A DNA stretch of 64,000 nt from Bacillota bacterium (GCA_016280895.1 JAEEHM010000093.1:14987-78986), one strand, 5' to 3'. Counted from the stretch's first letter, positions 20,123-31,280 are shown. Program-made: numbers and translations. Notes: generated from the sequence alone by a model not told the origin.

Positions 20123-21324
20123 AAAAAATCTTATTAATTTCAAACTACTTTCATTTAAAATCCGAAAAAGAAATAAATAGGTATAGAATATTGGCTGAAA
20201 TGCTGAGTTTAAATAATGATTTTGAAGTTGAAGTTGTTACCTCGAAGTTTTATCAACGAACTTTACAAATGCGTAATATTCCAGAAGAAGAAATAAAGAA
20301 ATTGCCATTTAAATTTACAACAATATATGAACCTGGTTATAAAAAAACGATTAGTTTTAGAAGACTTAAAAGTTCAAGAGTCTTCTCCAAAAATGTCATT
20401 TCATACATTAAGACAATTGGTAGTATTGACTTAATTTATCAAGTCGTTCCAACTTTAGATGTAGCTAGCAAAGTGGTACGATTTGCTAATGAAAATAATA
20501 TTCCAATTATAATTGATGTTCAAGATCTATGGCCTGAAGCTTTTAGAATTGCATTTGATATCCCTATAATTAGTTCCTTGCTTTTTCTTCCATATAAAAG
20601 AAAAGCCAATTATATATATAAAAATGCAAATGAAATTTGTTCTGTTTCTAAGACATTTTTAAATAGAGCTTTGTCTGTCAATAGAAATAATATAAAGGGT
20701 CACTTTGTTTATATAGGTGTTGATTTAGCACAAGTTGATAAATACTGCGAAGGAGTTCGAGAAAATGATATGGAAAAGCTCATAATTGCATATTGTGGCT
20801 CCTTAGGAAATAGTTACGACTTAGAGACTGTTATTATTGCATTATCAAAAATAGATACTCCAATAAAACTTCTAGTAATGGGCGATGGAGAAAAAAAGGA
20901 TAGATTAATTCAAATGGCTAGGGATTATAATGTTGATGCAGAATTTACAGGCTTTATTAATTATGAATTGATGTGTAGGAATTTGAGATTTGCAAATATT
21001 GTCGTTAATCCAATTATTAGTAAATCAACAGGGAGCATTATAAATAAGCACGGTGATTATGTCGCATCAGGTAGACCAATTTTAAATACTCAGCAATGCA
21101 AAGAATTTATGGACTTAATTGATGAATATCATATGGGGCTTAATTCTCCGAGCGGTGATGTGAATATGCTAGCCAAGAATATTTTATACCTAATAAATAA
21201 CCCTGATGAAAGAAAAAAAATGGGTATAAATGCAAGAAAATGCGCAGAAGAGAAATTTAATCGAGAAATTACATATAAAGAAATAATAGAAACAATTTAC
21301 AGTTTTTTTGAGAGAAAGGAATAA
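20119..21324 (+). CDS. GT4 glycosyltransferase (WbuB-like, probable L-FucNAc transferase)
   Basis: IDVQDLWPE, YCGSLG, NKHGDYVASGRPI; co-occurs with fnlABC. Confidence 0.8.
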   Translation: MKKILLISNYFHLKSEKEINRYRILAEMLSLNNDFEVEVVTSKFYQRTLQMRNIPEEEIKKLPFKFTTIYEPGYKKTISFRRLKSSRVFSKNVISYIKTIGSIDLIYQVVPTLDVASKVVRFANENNIPIIIDVQDLWPEAFRIAFDIPIISSLLFLPYKRKANYIYKNANEICSVSKTFLNRALSVNRNNIKGHFVYIGVDLAQVDKYCEGVRENDMEKLIIAYCGSLGNSYDLETVIIALSKIDTPIKLLVMGDGEKKDRLIQMARDYNVDAEFTGFINYELMCRNLRFANIVVNPIISKSTGSIINKHGDYVASGRPILNTQQCKEFMDLIDEYHMGLNSPSGDVNMLAKNILYLINNPDERKKMGINARKCAEEKFNREITYKEIIETIYSFFERKE

Positions 21325-21327
21325 ACT

Positions 21328-22398
21328 ATGATTTATGTAGATGAAAAAATAAAAAATACTTACCGTATACCTCAACCAGAAGGAAGAGGAAAATTTATTA
21401 GATTGGATCAAAATGAAAATCCTGATGGCATCCCAAAATGGTTATTCGATAAAGTTATTGATAAGATTACTCCTGAGTTTTTAGCTATTTATCCCGAAGA
21501 AACGAGACTTACAGAAAAGTTTGCAAAAAAAATTGGATTAAATCTAGAAAACGTTACACTTACAGATGGAAGCGTGGTTGGAATGGGATATGTAATAAAA
21601 GTGTTTGGTGAAGATAAAAAAACGCTTTTATGTGTGACCCCTTCTTTTGGAATGTACAAAGTTTATGCTGAAATGGTTGGCATGCAAGCAAAATTACTAA
21701 ATTATGAACAAGATTTTTCATTTGACATTGAAAAAATAATTAATTCTATTGACGATAACACTGGAATTGTTGTTTTAGTTAACCCTAATATGCCGATTGG
21801 CAACACTTATGACCAAAAAGATATAGAAAGAATAGTAATAACAGCAGAAAAAAGAGGTGCTCTTGTTATAATTGATGAAGCATATCACTATTTTTATAAT
21901 GATACTTCTTTAGAGTTGGTAAAAAAATATGATAATGTGGTTATTTTAAGAACTTTTTCAAAAATGTTTTCTATCCCAGCTCTTAGAATGGGTGCTATTA
22001 TTTCAAATAGTGATGTAATAAGATATATTAATAATTATAAACCTCATTATACTGTTAACTCTATTGCTTTGTTATTTGGAGAAGCAATTATCGATAATTA
22101 CGAATTAGTTTTAACTGACCTAAAAAAAGACTATGAAGAAGGAAAAAATTACATATACAAAGAATTAAAAGATAACAATTATGATTATATTCCTTCAGCT
22201 GGCTGTTTTGTATGTATTAAACCAAAATATAAGTCATCTGAAGAAATAACAAAATTGTTAAAAGAAAATGGAATATTAATTTTGTGTGGATCAGGAGACT
22301 TGACTGGTTATTTGCGTTTAACAATAGCGCACAAAAAATATATGGAATTGTTTATGGATTGCCTCAAAAGAATAGATGTAGGTAATTATAATGAGTAA
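21328..22398 (+). CDS. PLP-dependent class I/II aminotransferase or decarboxylase (HisC/CobD-like)
   Basis: RLDQNENP, VNPNMPIG, IDEAY, RTFSKMFSIPALRMG. Confidence 0.85.
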   Translation: MIYVDEKIKNTYRIPQPEGRGKFIRLDQNENPDGIPKWLFDKVIDKITPEFLAIYPEETRLTEKFAKKIGLNLENVTLTDGSVVGMGYVIKVFGEDKKTLLCVTPSFGMYKVYAEMVGMQAKLLNYEQDFSFDIEKIINSIDDNTGIVVLVNPNMPIGNTYDQKDIERIVITAEKRGALVIIDEAYHYFYNDTSLELVKKYDNVVILRTFSKMFSIPALRMGAIISNSDVIRYINNYKPHYTVNSIALLFGEAIIDNYELVLTDLKKDYEEGKNYIYKELKDNNYDYIPSAGCFVCIKPKYKSSEEITKLLKENGILILCGSGDLTGYLRLTIAHKKYMELFMDCLKRIDVGNYNE

Positions 22399-23107
22399 TT
22401 ATTTAATATTACTAGCTGGAGGTACTGGAACTCGTATGGGAGCTAATGTGCCTAAGCAGTTTTTGATAGTTAATAATAAACCAGTAATTGTTCACACCAT
22501 TGAGTGCTTTCAAAAAAAAGATAATATTGAAGGTATACTTATTGTTTGTATTAAGGAATGGATTGATTACATGGGCAAATTGATTAATGAATATGGACTT
22601 TATAAGGTGAAATGGATAGTTGAAGGTGGCTCAAGTGGTCATGATTCAACAAGAAATGGTATTTTCTTTTTGAAAGAAAAGATAAAAGAAGAAGATTTTA
22701 TTATAATTCATGATGCTGCAAGACCTATTGTTCCTAGCAAGGCTATAGATAATATGTTAGAAGTTGCTTATGATAAAGGAAATGCCTCTTTAGCTATTCC
22801 GTGTTATGAGACTGCTATTATTACTTTAGACAAATTGTCAGGCATAAAAGATTTGGATAGAAATAGTTTTATGAGAGTTCAAACACCTCAAGCATATAAA
22901 TACTCTGATATATTACCACTATATGAGAAAGCAGAAAAAGAGAACAAACATGATTTTGTTTATGCTGATTTAGTTTTAATATATTATGGTAAGCGTGTAT
23001 ACTTTTCGAAAGGATTCACGAACAATATAAAGATTACAAAAAAAGAAGACATTGCTTTGTGCGAAGCTCTTATGAATTTTAGCGAAGAAGAATTATACAG
23101 TTTATGA
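22391..23107 (+). CDS. IspD/TarI-family cytidylyltransferase
   Basis: LAGGTGTRMGANVPKQFL, IHDAARP, VQTPQAY, NIKITKKED. Confidence 0.9.
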   Translation: MSNYLILLAGGTGTRMGANVPKQFLIVNNKPVIVHTIECFQKKDNIEGILIVCIKEWIDYMGKLINEYGLYKVKWIVEGGSSGHDSTRNGIFFLKEKIKEEDFIIIHDAARPIVPSKAIDNMLEVAYDKGNASLAIPCYETAIITLDKLSGIKDLDRNSFMRVQTPQAYKYSDILPLYEKAEKENKHDFVYADLVLIYYGKRVYFSKGFTNNIKITKKEDIALCEALMNFSEEELYSL

Positions 23108-23178
23108 TTTTACTTTAATCAAAGATATTTGGATTTAAATTATATTTGAACTTTTATACAAAAAAGGAAGTGTATTAT

Positions 23179-23946
23179 ATGAAAAAAATAGTTTTCTCTT
23201 TTGATGATGGACGCAAAGATACTTTTGATAATGCCATTACAGTTTTAGATAGATATGGCCTAAAAGCAACTATTAATATTGCTACAGACTTTATTCTACA
23301 TCCAAGCGATTATAATAATTTCTTGTCAGCAGGTGGATTACCTATGACTGTAGAAAATATTAAAGATATTCAAAGTAGGGGTTATGAAATTGCATGTCAT
23401 GGAAATAAACATCAAAATTCAATGTCTGATGTGAAAGAAGGTATAAAAATTTTAGGCGATTGGGGTATAAAAACAGACTCTATTGGCTTTGCAAGCCCTT
23501 TTTCTAAGTTGACTGAAGAGGAAACATTGGATATAGATACTATGATAGGCAAAGAAATAGAATATATTAGAAGTGGAAGACAAGTTAGGAGAGAAGGCTT
23601 TATGTATTCTTGTTTATATGTACTTATGAATATTTTTAAGTCTAAATACTTATTCTATCGTCTTAATAAAAGATCTATAGTAAATTCACAAAAAACTAGA
23701 TTTTTTTATGGAATCACTATAACTAATAAGACTTCATATTCTCAAGTAAAATATTTGATAAATAAAATGCCAGAAGAATCTATTATCATCCTTATTTTTC
23801 ATAGTATATTAAGGAAAGAAGATGTGGGATACGGATTGGATAAGTGGTATTGGGATATTGATAATTTTGAATCCTTATGTAAGTTTGCAAAGGAAAACAG
23901 TGATATTAATGTTGTGACAAATATGGAGGCTTTGAATGAAGACTAG
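23179..23946 (+). CDS. Polysaccharide deacetylase (NodB/CE4)
   Basis: FSFDDG, GYEIACHGNKH, LIFH. Confidence 0.85.
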   Translation: MKKIVFSFDDGRKDTFDNAITVLDRYGLKATINIATDFILHPSDYNNFLSAGGLPMTVENIKDIQSRGYEIACHGNKHQNSMSDVKEGIKILGDWGIKTDSIGFASPFSKLTEEETLDIDTMIGKEIEYIRSGRQVRREGFMYSCLYVLMNIFKSKYLFYRLNKRSIVNSQKTRFFYGITITNKTSYSQVKYLINKMPEESIIILIFHSILRKEDVGYGLDKWYWDIDNFESLCKFAKENSDINVVTNMEALNED

Positions 23947-24946
23947 TTTATATTTAGTTAATCAAGTTAAATATAGTGATGTTGATTATCATTTTGGCAC
24001 CTTTTTTACATCGCCTGAATGGGTTTCCTTTCTTGAAAAAAATCAAAAAGCAACACCTATTGTGTTAAAATTGATGGATGATAAGAAAATAGTTGGATAT
24101 TTTATTTCTCTAAAAATTAAAAAAATGGGTTTTAAAATAGTTGGTAGTCCTTTTGAGGGATGGCTAACGCCTGATATGGGTTTTATTAACGTAAATGATT
24201 TAGATTATTCAAAAGCGGTTTCAAGTATTGTGGATTATATCTTTCATAAGTTGAAATGTCATTATATTCAAATTTGTGACAAGCAAATTACAACAGATGT
24301 TGTTACTATTAAGCATAAAATAGAGTATACACAGCTATTAAAAATTGATATTACAAAAAGTGAGGAAGAAATACTTGCGATGTTCACAAAAAATGGACGA
24401 AGAGATGTTAGAGCATCTTCTAGAAAGGGTGTTAGGGTTATTAAAGTTCCTTTTGATAAAGAGTTTGTAGAAGTATATTATGATCAACTAATTGATGTTT
24501 TCGCAAAACAAGGACTTAAACCAAATTATTCATTAAGAAAACTATATGATATGGTTGATTCATTGCAAAGTAAGCAAGAATCAGTATTAGCACTAGAGGC
24601 AATCAATGAATATGGAAAAATTATTGCTACTGTTTTTTCATTTGGAGAAAATGATTGGGCATATTATGTTGGTGCAGCAAGTTATAGAGTTTACCAAGGA
24701 CAATTACCTAATGAAGCGTTATTTTGGGAATTTATCAAGTTTTGGAAAAATAGAGGTATTAAATATATTGACTTGATGGGATATAGAAAATATAAGTTGA
24801 AATATAATCCCGAAATTACTAATCAACCAAGATTGGTTTTTCAAAAGATTCCTGGATTGTATTTTGGAAAAAAGGTGGCAAATAGAATTGTCCGTTTAGT
24901 AAGGAAAATAAAGGGGCTAACGATAAGAAAAAAAGGTGAAAAATAA
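23936..24946 (+). CDS. FemAB-like GNAT (peptidoglycan-bridge-type acyltransferase)
   Basis: FFTSPEW, RRDVRASSRKGV, PNEALFWEFI, YIDLMG...YKLKY. Confidence 0.7.
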   Translation: MKTSLYLVNQVKYSDVDYHFGTFFTSPEWVSFLEKNQKATPIVLKLMDDKKIVGYFISLKIKKMGFKIVGSPFEGWLTPDMGFINVNDLDYSKAVSSIVDYIFHKLKCHYIQICDKQITTDVVTIKHKIEYTQLLKIDITKSEEEILAMFTKNGRRDVRASSRKGVRVIKVPFDKEFVEVYYDQLIDVFAKQGLKPNYSLRKLYDMVDSLQSKQESVLALEAINEYGKIIATVFSFGENDWAYYVGAASYRVYQGQLPNEALFWEFIKFWKNRGIKYIDLMGYRKYKLKYNPEITNQPRLVFQKIPGLYFGKKVANRIVRLVRKIKGLTIRKKGEK

Positions 24947-26217
24947 TGAGAGTTTTGATAATTAGTTATGCTCCTCTATCATTGAAAAGCAATGGAGGAA
25001 AATCATTTCTTTCTCTTTTTTCAAATTTTAAAAAAGACCAATTAGTCCAATTTTATATTAATCCAAGCCTCCCTGAAAAATGCTGGTGTGAATCATATTA
25101 CCAGCAAAAAGAGAGAGATTTAATAAATATTTTTAAAAATAAAAGAAAAAAGCACTCTATAACCCCAAAAGATGATGATTTTAATAGTAATACTTCAAAA
25201 AAAACGAAGAATCGATATTTTAAATTATTTATAAGGGATATAGTGTGGAAACTGTTTTTTAAAATCAATGGAGAGTTTGAAATATGGGTAAAAAGATATG
25301 CTCCAGATATTATTTTCTCTGATACTGGCGATAGTTCTTTTTTATATAATCTTACAATAAAAATATCAAAAAGATTTAATATTCCTTTTGTAGGATATTT
25401 TGGTGATGATTATTATTCATTAAAGGCAAAAAAACTTCAAGTTTTTAAGAGAATTGTATTAAACAATCATAAGAAAGTTTTAAAAAAATTCATTTCTCTA
25501 GGTGAAAAACATATTTTTGTTAATGAATATTTTGAAACATTTTATAAAAACGAGTTCTCGATTGATGATGATAAGTTGATAACAATTTATAATGGATCAA
25601 ATTTTGATTTTCAAAATAATTGCTCTCATGTCGAAGATAGAAATTCATTAATACTTAGTTATATAGGTAATATTAGTTTAAAACGTGATGAGAATATCAT
25701 TTCTCTAGGAGAAGCATTAGACTTTATAAACAATAATTTGCACACAAATCATAAATTATTAGTCTACACTAGAATAAATGATGATTTTATATTAAGATGT
25801 AAAAAAGTGAATTCAATTAAGTTCATGGGAGCTATACCTGGAAAAGAAGTGAAAAGTGCTATAGAAAATAGTGATATATTAATTCACACTGAAAGTTTTA
25901 ATAAAAATGAAATAGAGATGACTAAGTATTCGTTTTCTACAAAAATTGCAGATTCATTATCGAGTGGTAAATGCTTATTAGCATATGGTCCCCCAAATAT
26001 TGCATCAATGGATTATTTGATAAATAATAACTGTGCTTTTTGTATTGTCGATAAACAAAACTTGCTAAAAGGATTAAAAGAATTGCTAACGAATTGTGAA
26101 TTAAGAAAAATGTATGGAGAGATTGGAAAAAAAGTTGCTTATGATAATCACAATTCACAAAAGAATAGTGACAATATAAAAACTATTCTTGAAAGGATTA
26201 TCAATAAAAGGAGTTAA
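24946..26217 (+). CDS. GT-B glycosyltransferase
   Basis: YIGNI, SDILIHTESF, YSFSTKIADSLSSGKC. Confidence 0.8.
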   Translation: MRVLIISYAPLSLKSNGGKSFLSLFSNFKKDQLVQFYINPSLPEKCWCESYYQQKERDLINIFKNKRKKHSITPKDDDFNSNTSKKTKNRYFKLFIRDIVWKLFFKINGEFEIWVKRYAPDIIFSDTGDSSFLYNLTIKISKRFNIPFVGYFGDDYYSLKAKKLQVFKRIVLNNHKKVLKKFISLGEKHIFVNEYFETFYKNEFSIDDDKLITIYNGSNFDFQNNCSHVEDRNSLILSYIGNISLKRDENIISLGEALDFINNNLHTNHKLLVYTRINDDFILRCKKVNSIKFMGAIPGKEVKSAIENSDILIHTESFNKNEIEMTKYSFSTKIADSLSSGKCLLAYGPPNIASMDYLINNNCAFCIVDKQNLLKGLKELLTNCELRKMYGEIGKKVAYDNHNSQKNSDNIKTILERIINKRS

Positions 26218-26219
26218 GA

Positions 26220-27434
26220 ATGAAAGTATTACAAATAAATAGTGATTTTAGGTTTGGAAGTACGGGAAAAATAACAGGAAGTTTACATGATTCTTTACTA
26301 CAAAAAGGTATTGATTCATATGTATGCTATGGGAGACCCAATGAAGATATTGAACCTAATACATATTCTACTATAAGTTCTTTTGGCTCAAAATTTCAAC
26401 ACCTTCTTTGTAACATATTTGGTGACCCTTATGCTTTTTGTTATCTCTCAACTTCTCGTGTGAAAAAATACATTAGGCAAATATCCCCAGATATAATACA
26501 TATTCAATGTATCAATGGTTATTTTGTTAATATTTATCAACTAATCAAGTGGTTGGCCACTAATAATTATAAAGTTGTTATTACGTTGCATGCAGAGTTT
26601 ATGTATACTGGTGGTTGCGATCATTCATACGAGTGTGAAAAATGGAAAGGTAATTGCGAAAAATGCGCTCAGAAATGTAAAAAATCCCCTTTGCGTAATT
26701 TAAAATCATGGAAAATCCATTCAAAACTGATGAATAGTTTTTCGCTTTTTCATACAGAGAATGTGCGAATTGTTTCTGTGTCAAAGTGGTTGATGCTAAG
26801 GGCAAAAGAGTCTTCAATTATGAAGAGATTTTCACACGCTTATGTGTTAAATGGTATTGATTCGTTTATTTTTACTAAACGTGAAAATAGATTAACTTGT
26901 ATACCTTTTTCAGATAATTATCTGCTATTTGTTACTGCTATGTTCAATGATAATTGTTATGATAATAAAGGTGGAAAATACATAATTAGTATTGCAAAAA
27001 AATTATTGGATGAAAAGAGTGATTTAAAAATAGTTGTTGTAGCATCATATTTCAATATAAAGGAAAAGTTGCCAAATAATGTTGTATTTTTGGGGAGGAT
27101 AAAAGACCAAATGTCATTATCTCAATTATATACAAATGCATCAATTACACTTATAACAAGTAAAAGAGAAACTTATGGGATGACCGTTTCAGAAAGTTTA
27201 ATGTGTGGAACGCCAGTTGTTGGGTTCAAAGCAGGAGCACCTGAAAGCTTTGCATTAAAAGATTATAGTTGCTTTGTAGATTATGGAGATATTGATGCTT
27301 TATATGATGCAATAAAACTATTTTTAAATAAAAAAATAAATAAAGATGAATTATCAAAAATAGCTATATCAAACTATTCAATGGAAAAAATGGTAGTAGA
27401 TTATGTTAACATTTATAAAGAATTAGGTGATTAA
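26220..27434 (+). CDS. GT4 glycosyltransferase (WcaC-like)
   Basis: MKVLQIN..GSTGKI, TLH...YTGGC.H...C, ETYGMTVSESLMCGTPVVGF. Confidence 0.85.
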   Translation: MKVLQINSDFRFGSTGKITGSLHDSLLQKGIDSYVCYGRPNEDIEPNTYSTISSFGSKFQHLLCNIFGDPYAFCYLSTSRVKKYIRQISPDIIHIQCINGYFVNIYQLIKWLATNNYKVVITLHAEFMYTGGCDHSYECEKWKGNCEKCAQKCKKSPLRNLKSWKIHSKLMNSFSLFHTENVRIVSVSKWLMLRAKESSIMKRFSHAYVLNGIDSFIFTKRENRLTCIPFSDNYLLFVTAMFNDNCYDNKGGKYIISIAKKLLDEKSDLKIVVVASYFNIKEKLPNNVVFLGRIKDQMSLSQLYTNASITLITSKRETYGMTVSESLMCGTPVVGFKAGAPESFALKDYSCFVDYGDIDALYDAIKLFLNKKINKDELSKIAISNYSMEKMVVDYVNIYKELGD

Positions 27435-27435
27435 T

Positions 27436-28506
27436 ATGTTTCATATAATATTCTTAGTTTTATTATTACTAGTTTATTCTTTCTTCCATTTTAGAGAAAA
27501 GCCAAATAGAAAAATGGAAGTGGTAGCTATGTCACTAGTTATATTTCTTTTTGGAGCTTTAAGAGGAAAAAATGTTGGAATAGATGTGCATACATATTTT
27601 GACTATTATGAGCAATGTGTAAGCATACCATTGGCTACTTTTTTTCAAAAATCAACTATTAATACATTTTATCAAAGAGATACTGGATTTTACATATTAT
27701 TAAAATTGTTGACATATGTATCCAGTAATCCACAATTAATGTTAGTTGTAATATCGGCATGGTTTTCTTTTGCGTTTGCTTATTTTGTTTATAATCAAAA
27801 AGGAAATACTTTTATTATTTTTATAATGTTTATTACTTTTAGAATATATGCTTTCACATTAACAGGGCTAAGAGAAACAGTAGCCCTAGGCTTTATTTTG
27901 TTCGCTATTTGTCAACTTCAAAAGCAAAAGATATTTAAATCGCTGCTACTCACAATTATGGCTTCTTTTTTTCACTTATCATCAATTGTATTTGTTTTGG
28001 CCATTATTTTAAGTTTTATTAAGAATTATAAGATTGTTTGTATTCTTATAATGGGGATGACCATTATTAATTTATTGACACAAAATCAATTAATTTACTA
28101 TTTTTCTAAGGTGTTGTTGAATGGCCGTTACTCCCAATATGGTGAAAAAGCAGTTGGTCAAGCGATATCTTTTTCTTCTACATTCATAATATTTATAGTC
28201 TTTTATCTTTTTGTCCTGCTTAATAATAGAAAAATTAAGGAGAGTAATGAAATTATTAATGTGGACTTCAACACTATATCTTTAGGTATGGCCTTTCTTA
28301 TTACTGGATTATCCGTAGACAATATTTTTAGACTGGGTTATTATTTTATCTTTTTATTATTTCCTTTATTTGATGTATCTATTAATTATTTTGCTAATAA
28401 AAAAACAGCAATTATTGTGAAAGTTATTATTTGTTTGTTACTAGCTACACAGTATATAATTCTCGGGCCAGGTGCTGGCGTAACAGACTATAATTTCTTT
28501 TGGTAA
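27436..28506 (+). CDS. wzy: EpsG-family polysaccharide polymerase (Wzy)
   Basis: Multi-TM; LRGKNVGIDVHTY, GLRETVA, FFHLSS, FRLGYYF. Confidence 0.8.
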   Translation: MFHIIFLVLLLLVYSFFHFREKPNRKMEVVAMSLVIFLFGALRGKNVGIDVHTYFDYYEQCVSIPLATFFQKSTINTFYQRDTGFYILLKLLTYVSSNPQLMLVVISAWFSFAFAYFVYNQKGNTFIIFIMFITFRIYAFTLTGLRETVALGFILFAICQLQKQKIFKSLLLTIMASFFHLSSIVFVLAIILSFIKNYKIVCILIMGMTIINLLTQNQLIYYFSKVLLNGRYSQYGEKAVGQAISFSSTFIIFIVFYLFVLLNNRKIKESNEIINVDFNTISLGMAFLITGLSVDNIFRLGYYFIFLLFPLFDVSINYFANKKTAIIVKVIICLLLATQYIILGPGAGVTDYNFFW

Positions 28507-28548
28507 CTAGGCTTTGGCCCTTTTTATTAATAACGAAGGAGAGAATGT

Positions 28549-29676
28549 ATGAAAAAATGTCTGTTAATATCATATTTTTATAGTGACAATTTAGGAGATA
28601 TTTGTATTAGTAACAAAATTGAAAGCGAAGTAAAAAAATATTTTGAAATAACAAAGTATCATATAAATGGAAATATAAATATAGAAAAAAGGAAAAAAAA
28701 TGCTCATAAAAAAAATAAAATAATTACCATAATGAGAAAAATCAAACTTGGTTTTTTATATGATTTTTACTCAAAAATTAAAATCAAATCAAGAGTAAAC
28801 TATGAACTGTCAAAGATGTCTTTCGACTGTGCGATTTTTGGTGGAGGAAATTTATTATTTGAAACAACATATAATTCAAAATATATTAAAAATATAGAAA
28901 ATATTTGTAATTTTTTAAGAAAACATAATATTCCATATATTTTCTCATCTATAGGTGCTGGTCCTTTTTTTAATAAGGCCCAAAAAGCGCGTGCAATTAG
29001 ACTAGTTTCAAATAGTTTTTATTCTTCTTTTAGAGATGAAGCTTCTTATAGATTATTATACGACGATAGTAACAAAGAAAAAATGTATATTACATCTGAT
29101 CCAGTTTTAAGTTGCAATATAACTACTAATAGGGTAAAAAAAACAAATTATATTTTAATTAATATTATAAATATTGATTTATTTTTTAATAATTATGATA
29201 AGGAAAAAATGGTTAAAAAATTAATAGACATAATAAAACAAATTAGCGTGAGCAGATGTAAAAAAATATGTATTTTTTCATCTGATAAAGCAGATTATCC
29301 ACTATTAAATGTTATTTACATGTGCTTAAATAAGGATGGTATAGATGTGGAACTTGAATTTATAGAGACAGTTCAGGATTTATTTGACTTAATTTCAGGT
29401 GCAGATTTTATTATTGCTTCAAGGATGCATTCTTTAATTATTTCATATTTGTTAAATAAAGAGTTTCTATCATTGTCTTGGTCTGAAAAAGTAAATTCAT
29501 TTATGAATATAATAGAAATGAATGAAAGAAATATTAAATATGAAGATGTATCTTTTGATGATATAGATTCCTTAATGGATAAAAAGATAGTTTATAATAA
29601 AAAACAAATAGAAAAATTACGAAAACTATATAAAGAGGAAGTCGAAAGAATTGAATCATTCGAAAGAAACATATGA
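28549..29676 (+). CDS. Polysaccharide pyruvyl transferase family protein
   Basis: YSDNLGD, FGGGNL, IGAGP, SFRDEAS, DPV, SRMHSLI. Confidence 0.88.
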   Translation: MKKCLLISYFYSDNLGDICISNKIESEVKKYFEITKYHINGNINIEKRKKNAHKKNKIITIMRKIKLGFLYDFYSKIKIKSRVNYELSKMSFDCAIFGGGNLLFETTYNSKYIKNIENICNFLRKHNIPYIFSSIGAGPFFNKAQKARAIRLVSNSFYSSFRDEASYRLLYDDSNKEKMYITSDPVLSCNITTNRVKKTNYILINIINIDLFFNNYDKEKMVKKLIDIIKQISVSRCKKICIFSSDKADYPLLNVIYMCLNKDGIDVELEFIETVQDLFDLISGADFIIASRMHSLIISYLLNKEFLSLSWSEKVNSFMNIIEMNERNIKYEDVSFDDIDSLMDKKIVYNKKQIEKLRKLYKEEVERIESFERNI

Positions 29677-29697
29677 TTATTATAATTGGAGATAAAA

Positions 29698-31242
29698 ATG
29701 AGAATTAAAAGTGATATTCAAATCAAAGTTGGAGCTATACTATCATATGTTCAAATGGGAATTAGTATTTTAGTGACGCTATTATATACTCCTTTAATGA
29801 TTAATGTTTTAGGTAAAAGTGAATATGGTTTATATAATACTGTTGCATCAACAATATCTTTGCTTTCCATTTTAAATCTAGGGTTTAACAGTAGTTATAT
29901 TAAGTTTTATTCACTTTATAAAAAAAATGATGAACTTGAGAAAATAAAGAAATTAAATGGATTGTTTCTTGTTATCTTTATTATTATTGGTATTATTGCA
30001 TTCGTATGTGGATTTTTTATAACATTTAACTTAGATTTGGTATTTAAAGACGGACTAAGCGTAGAAGAGTATCTACTGGCAAAAAAACTAATGATAATAT
30101 TGACAATAAACCTAACCATATCCTTTCCAATGAGTGTTTTTAGTAATATCATTTCTGCACATGAAAGATTTGTGGTTTTAAAGAGTATATCGATATTAAA
30201 AACTGTTGCCACCCCAATTTTATCAGTACCACTTTTATTACTGGGATACGGGTCATATGGAATTGTTTTGGTGACTCTAATTATTTCTTTGCTTACGGAC
30301 ATTATATATGTTTTATATTGTTTAATTAAATTGAAAATAAGATTTATTTTTAAACAATATGATAAGAATATAATTAAAGAATTAGTTGTATTTACTAGCT
30401 TTATTGCAATTAATTTATTAGTTGACCAAATTAACTGGAATGTTGATAAGATAATATTAGGAAGATATAGGGGAACAGATGCAGTGGCTATTTATTCTGT
30501 GGGATATACATTGTTTACATTTTTTCAATTGTTTACAGGCTCTATGTCTTCATTATTTACGCCAAAAGTGCATAGAATCGTTAACGAGACAAGTGGTAAA
30601 GAACAAAAAATACTATTAACTGATTTGTTTACAAAAGTTGCGAGAGTGCAATTTTTAATTGCAGGATTAATAATTACTGGTCTGATTTTTTTTGGGATGA
30701 ATTTCATATGTGATTATTGGGCGGGAAGTGATTATTATGAATCCTATTATGTTATGTTATTATTATGTATACCAGCGATTATTCCGATGACACAGAATAT
30801 AGGTATTGAAATTCAAAGAGCTCAAAATAGACACAAATTTAGAAGTGTTGCATATTTAATAATGGCAGTTTTAAACGTTGTTCTGTCAATTAATTTATGT
30901 AAAAAATATGGTCCTATAGGCTCTGCAATAGGAACTGCAATTTCGTTATTAATTGGGCCAGGGCTTATTATTAATATTTACTATCAAAAGCGATGTAATA
31001 TTAGTATTATTTCTTATTGGAATAATATTTTTCGATTGTGTTTAGGTTTAATAATCCCTTGTATTGTTGGCTTTTTTATATATAAATATTCAGACTTAAG
31101 TAATATATGGACATTTATTATTTGTATCTTTGTTTATTCAATTACATATTGTTTGTCAATGTGGTTTATTGCTATGAACGAATATGAAAAAAAATTAGTT
31201 AAAACTCCAATTTACAGGCTTTTTAATAAGAATAATAACTGA
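29698..31242 (+). CDS. wzx: Wzx/MATE-like oligosaccharide flippase
   Basis: Multi-TM; GAILSY, LGKSEYGLY, NVDKIILG. Confidence 0.88.
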   Translation: MRIKSDIQIKVGAILSYVQMGISILVTLLYTPLMINVLGKSEYGLYNTVASTISLLSILNLGFNSSYIKFYSLYKKNDELEKIKKLNGLFLVIFIIIGIIAFVCGFFITFNLDLVFKDGLSVEEYLLAKKLMIILTINLTISFPMSVFSNIISAHERFVVLKSISILKTVATPILSVPLLLLGYGSYGIVLVTLIISLLTDIIYVLYCLIKLKIRFIFKQYDKNIIKELVVFTSFIAINLLVDQINWNVDKIILGRYRGTDAVAIYSVGYTLFTFFQLFTGSMSSLFTPKVHRIVNETSGKEQKILLTDLFTKVARVQFLIAGLIITGLIFFGMNFICDYWAGSDYYESYYVMLLLCIPAIIPMTQNIGIEIQRAQNRHKFRSVAYLIMAVLNVVLSINLCKKYGPIGSAIGTAISLLIGPGLIINIYYQKRCNISIISYWNNIFRLCLGLIIPCIVGFFIYKYSDLSNIWTFIICIFVYSITYCLSMWFIAMNEYEKKLVKTPIYRLFNKNNN

Positions 31243-31280
31243 TTATCTTTTTAAATTATTTATGAAAATGAGGTAAATGT

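Noticed and set aside
21328-23107. hisC and ispD as housekeeping histidine/MEP pathway genes
   Set aside because: They are embedded and translationally coupled in the polysaccharide operon near LicD, so gene symbols are withheld.
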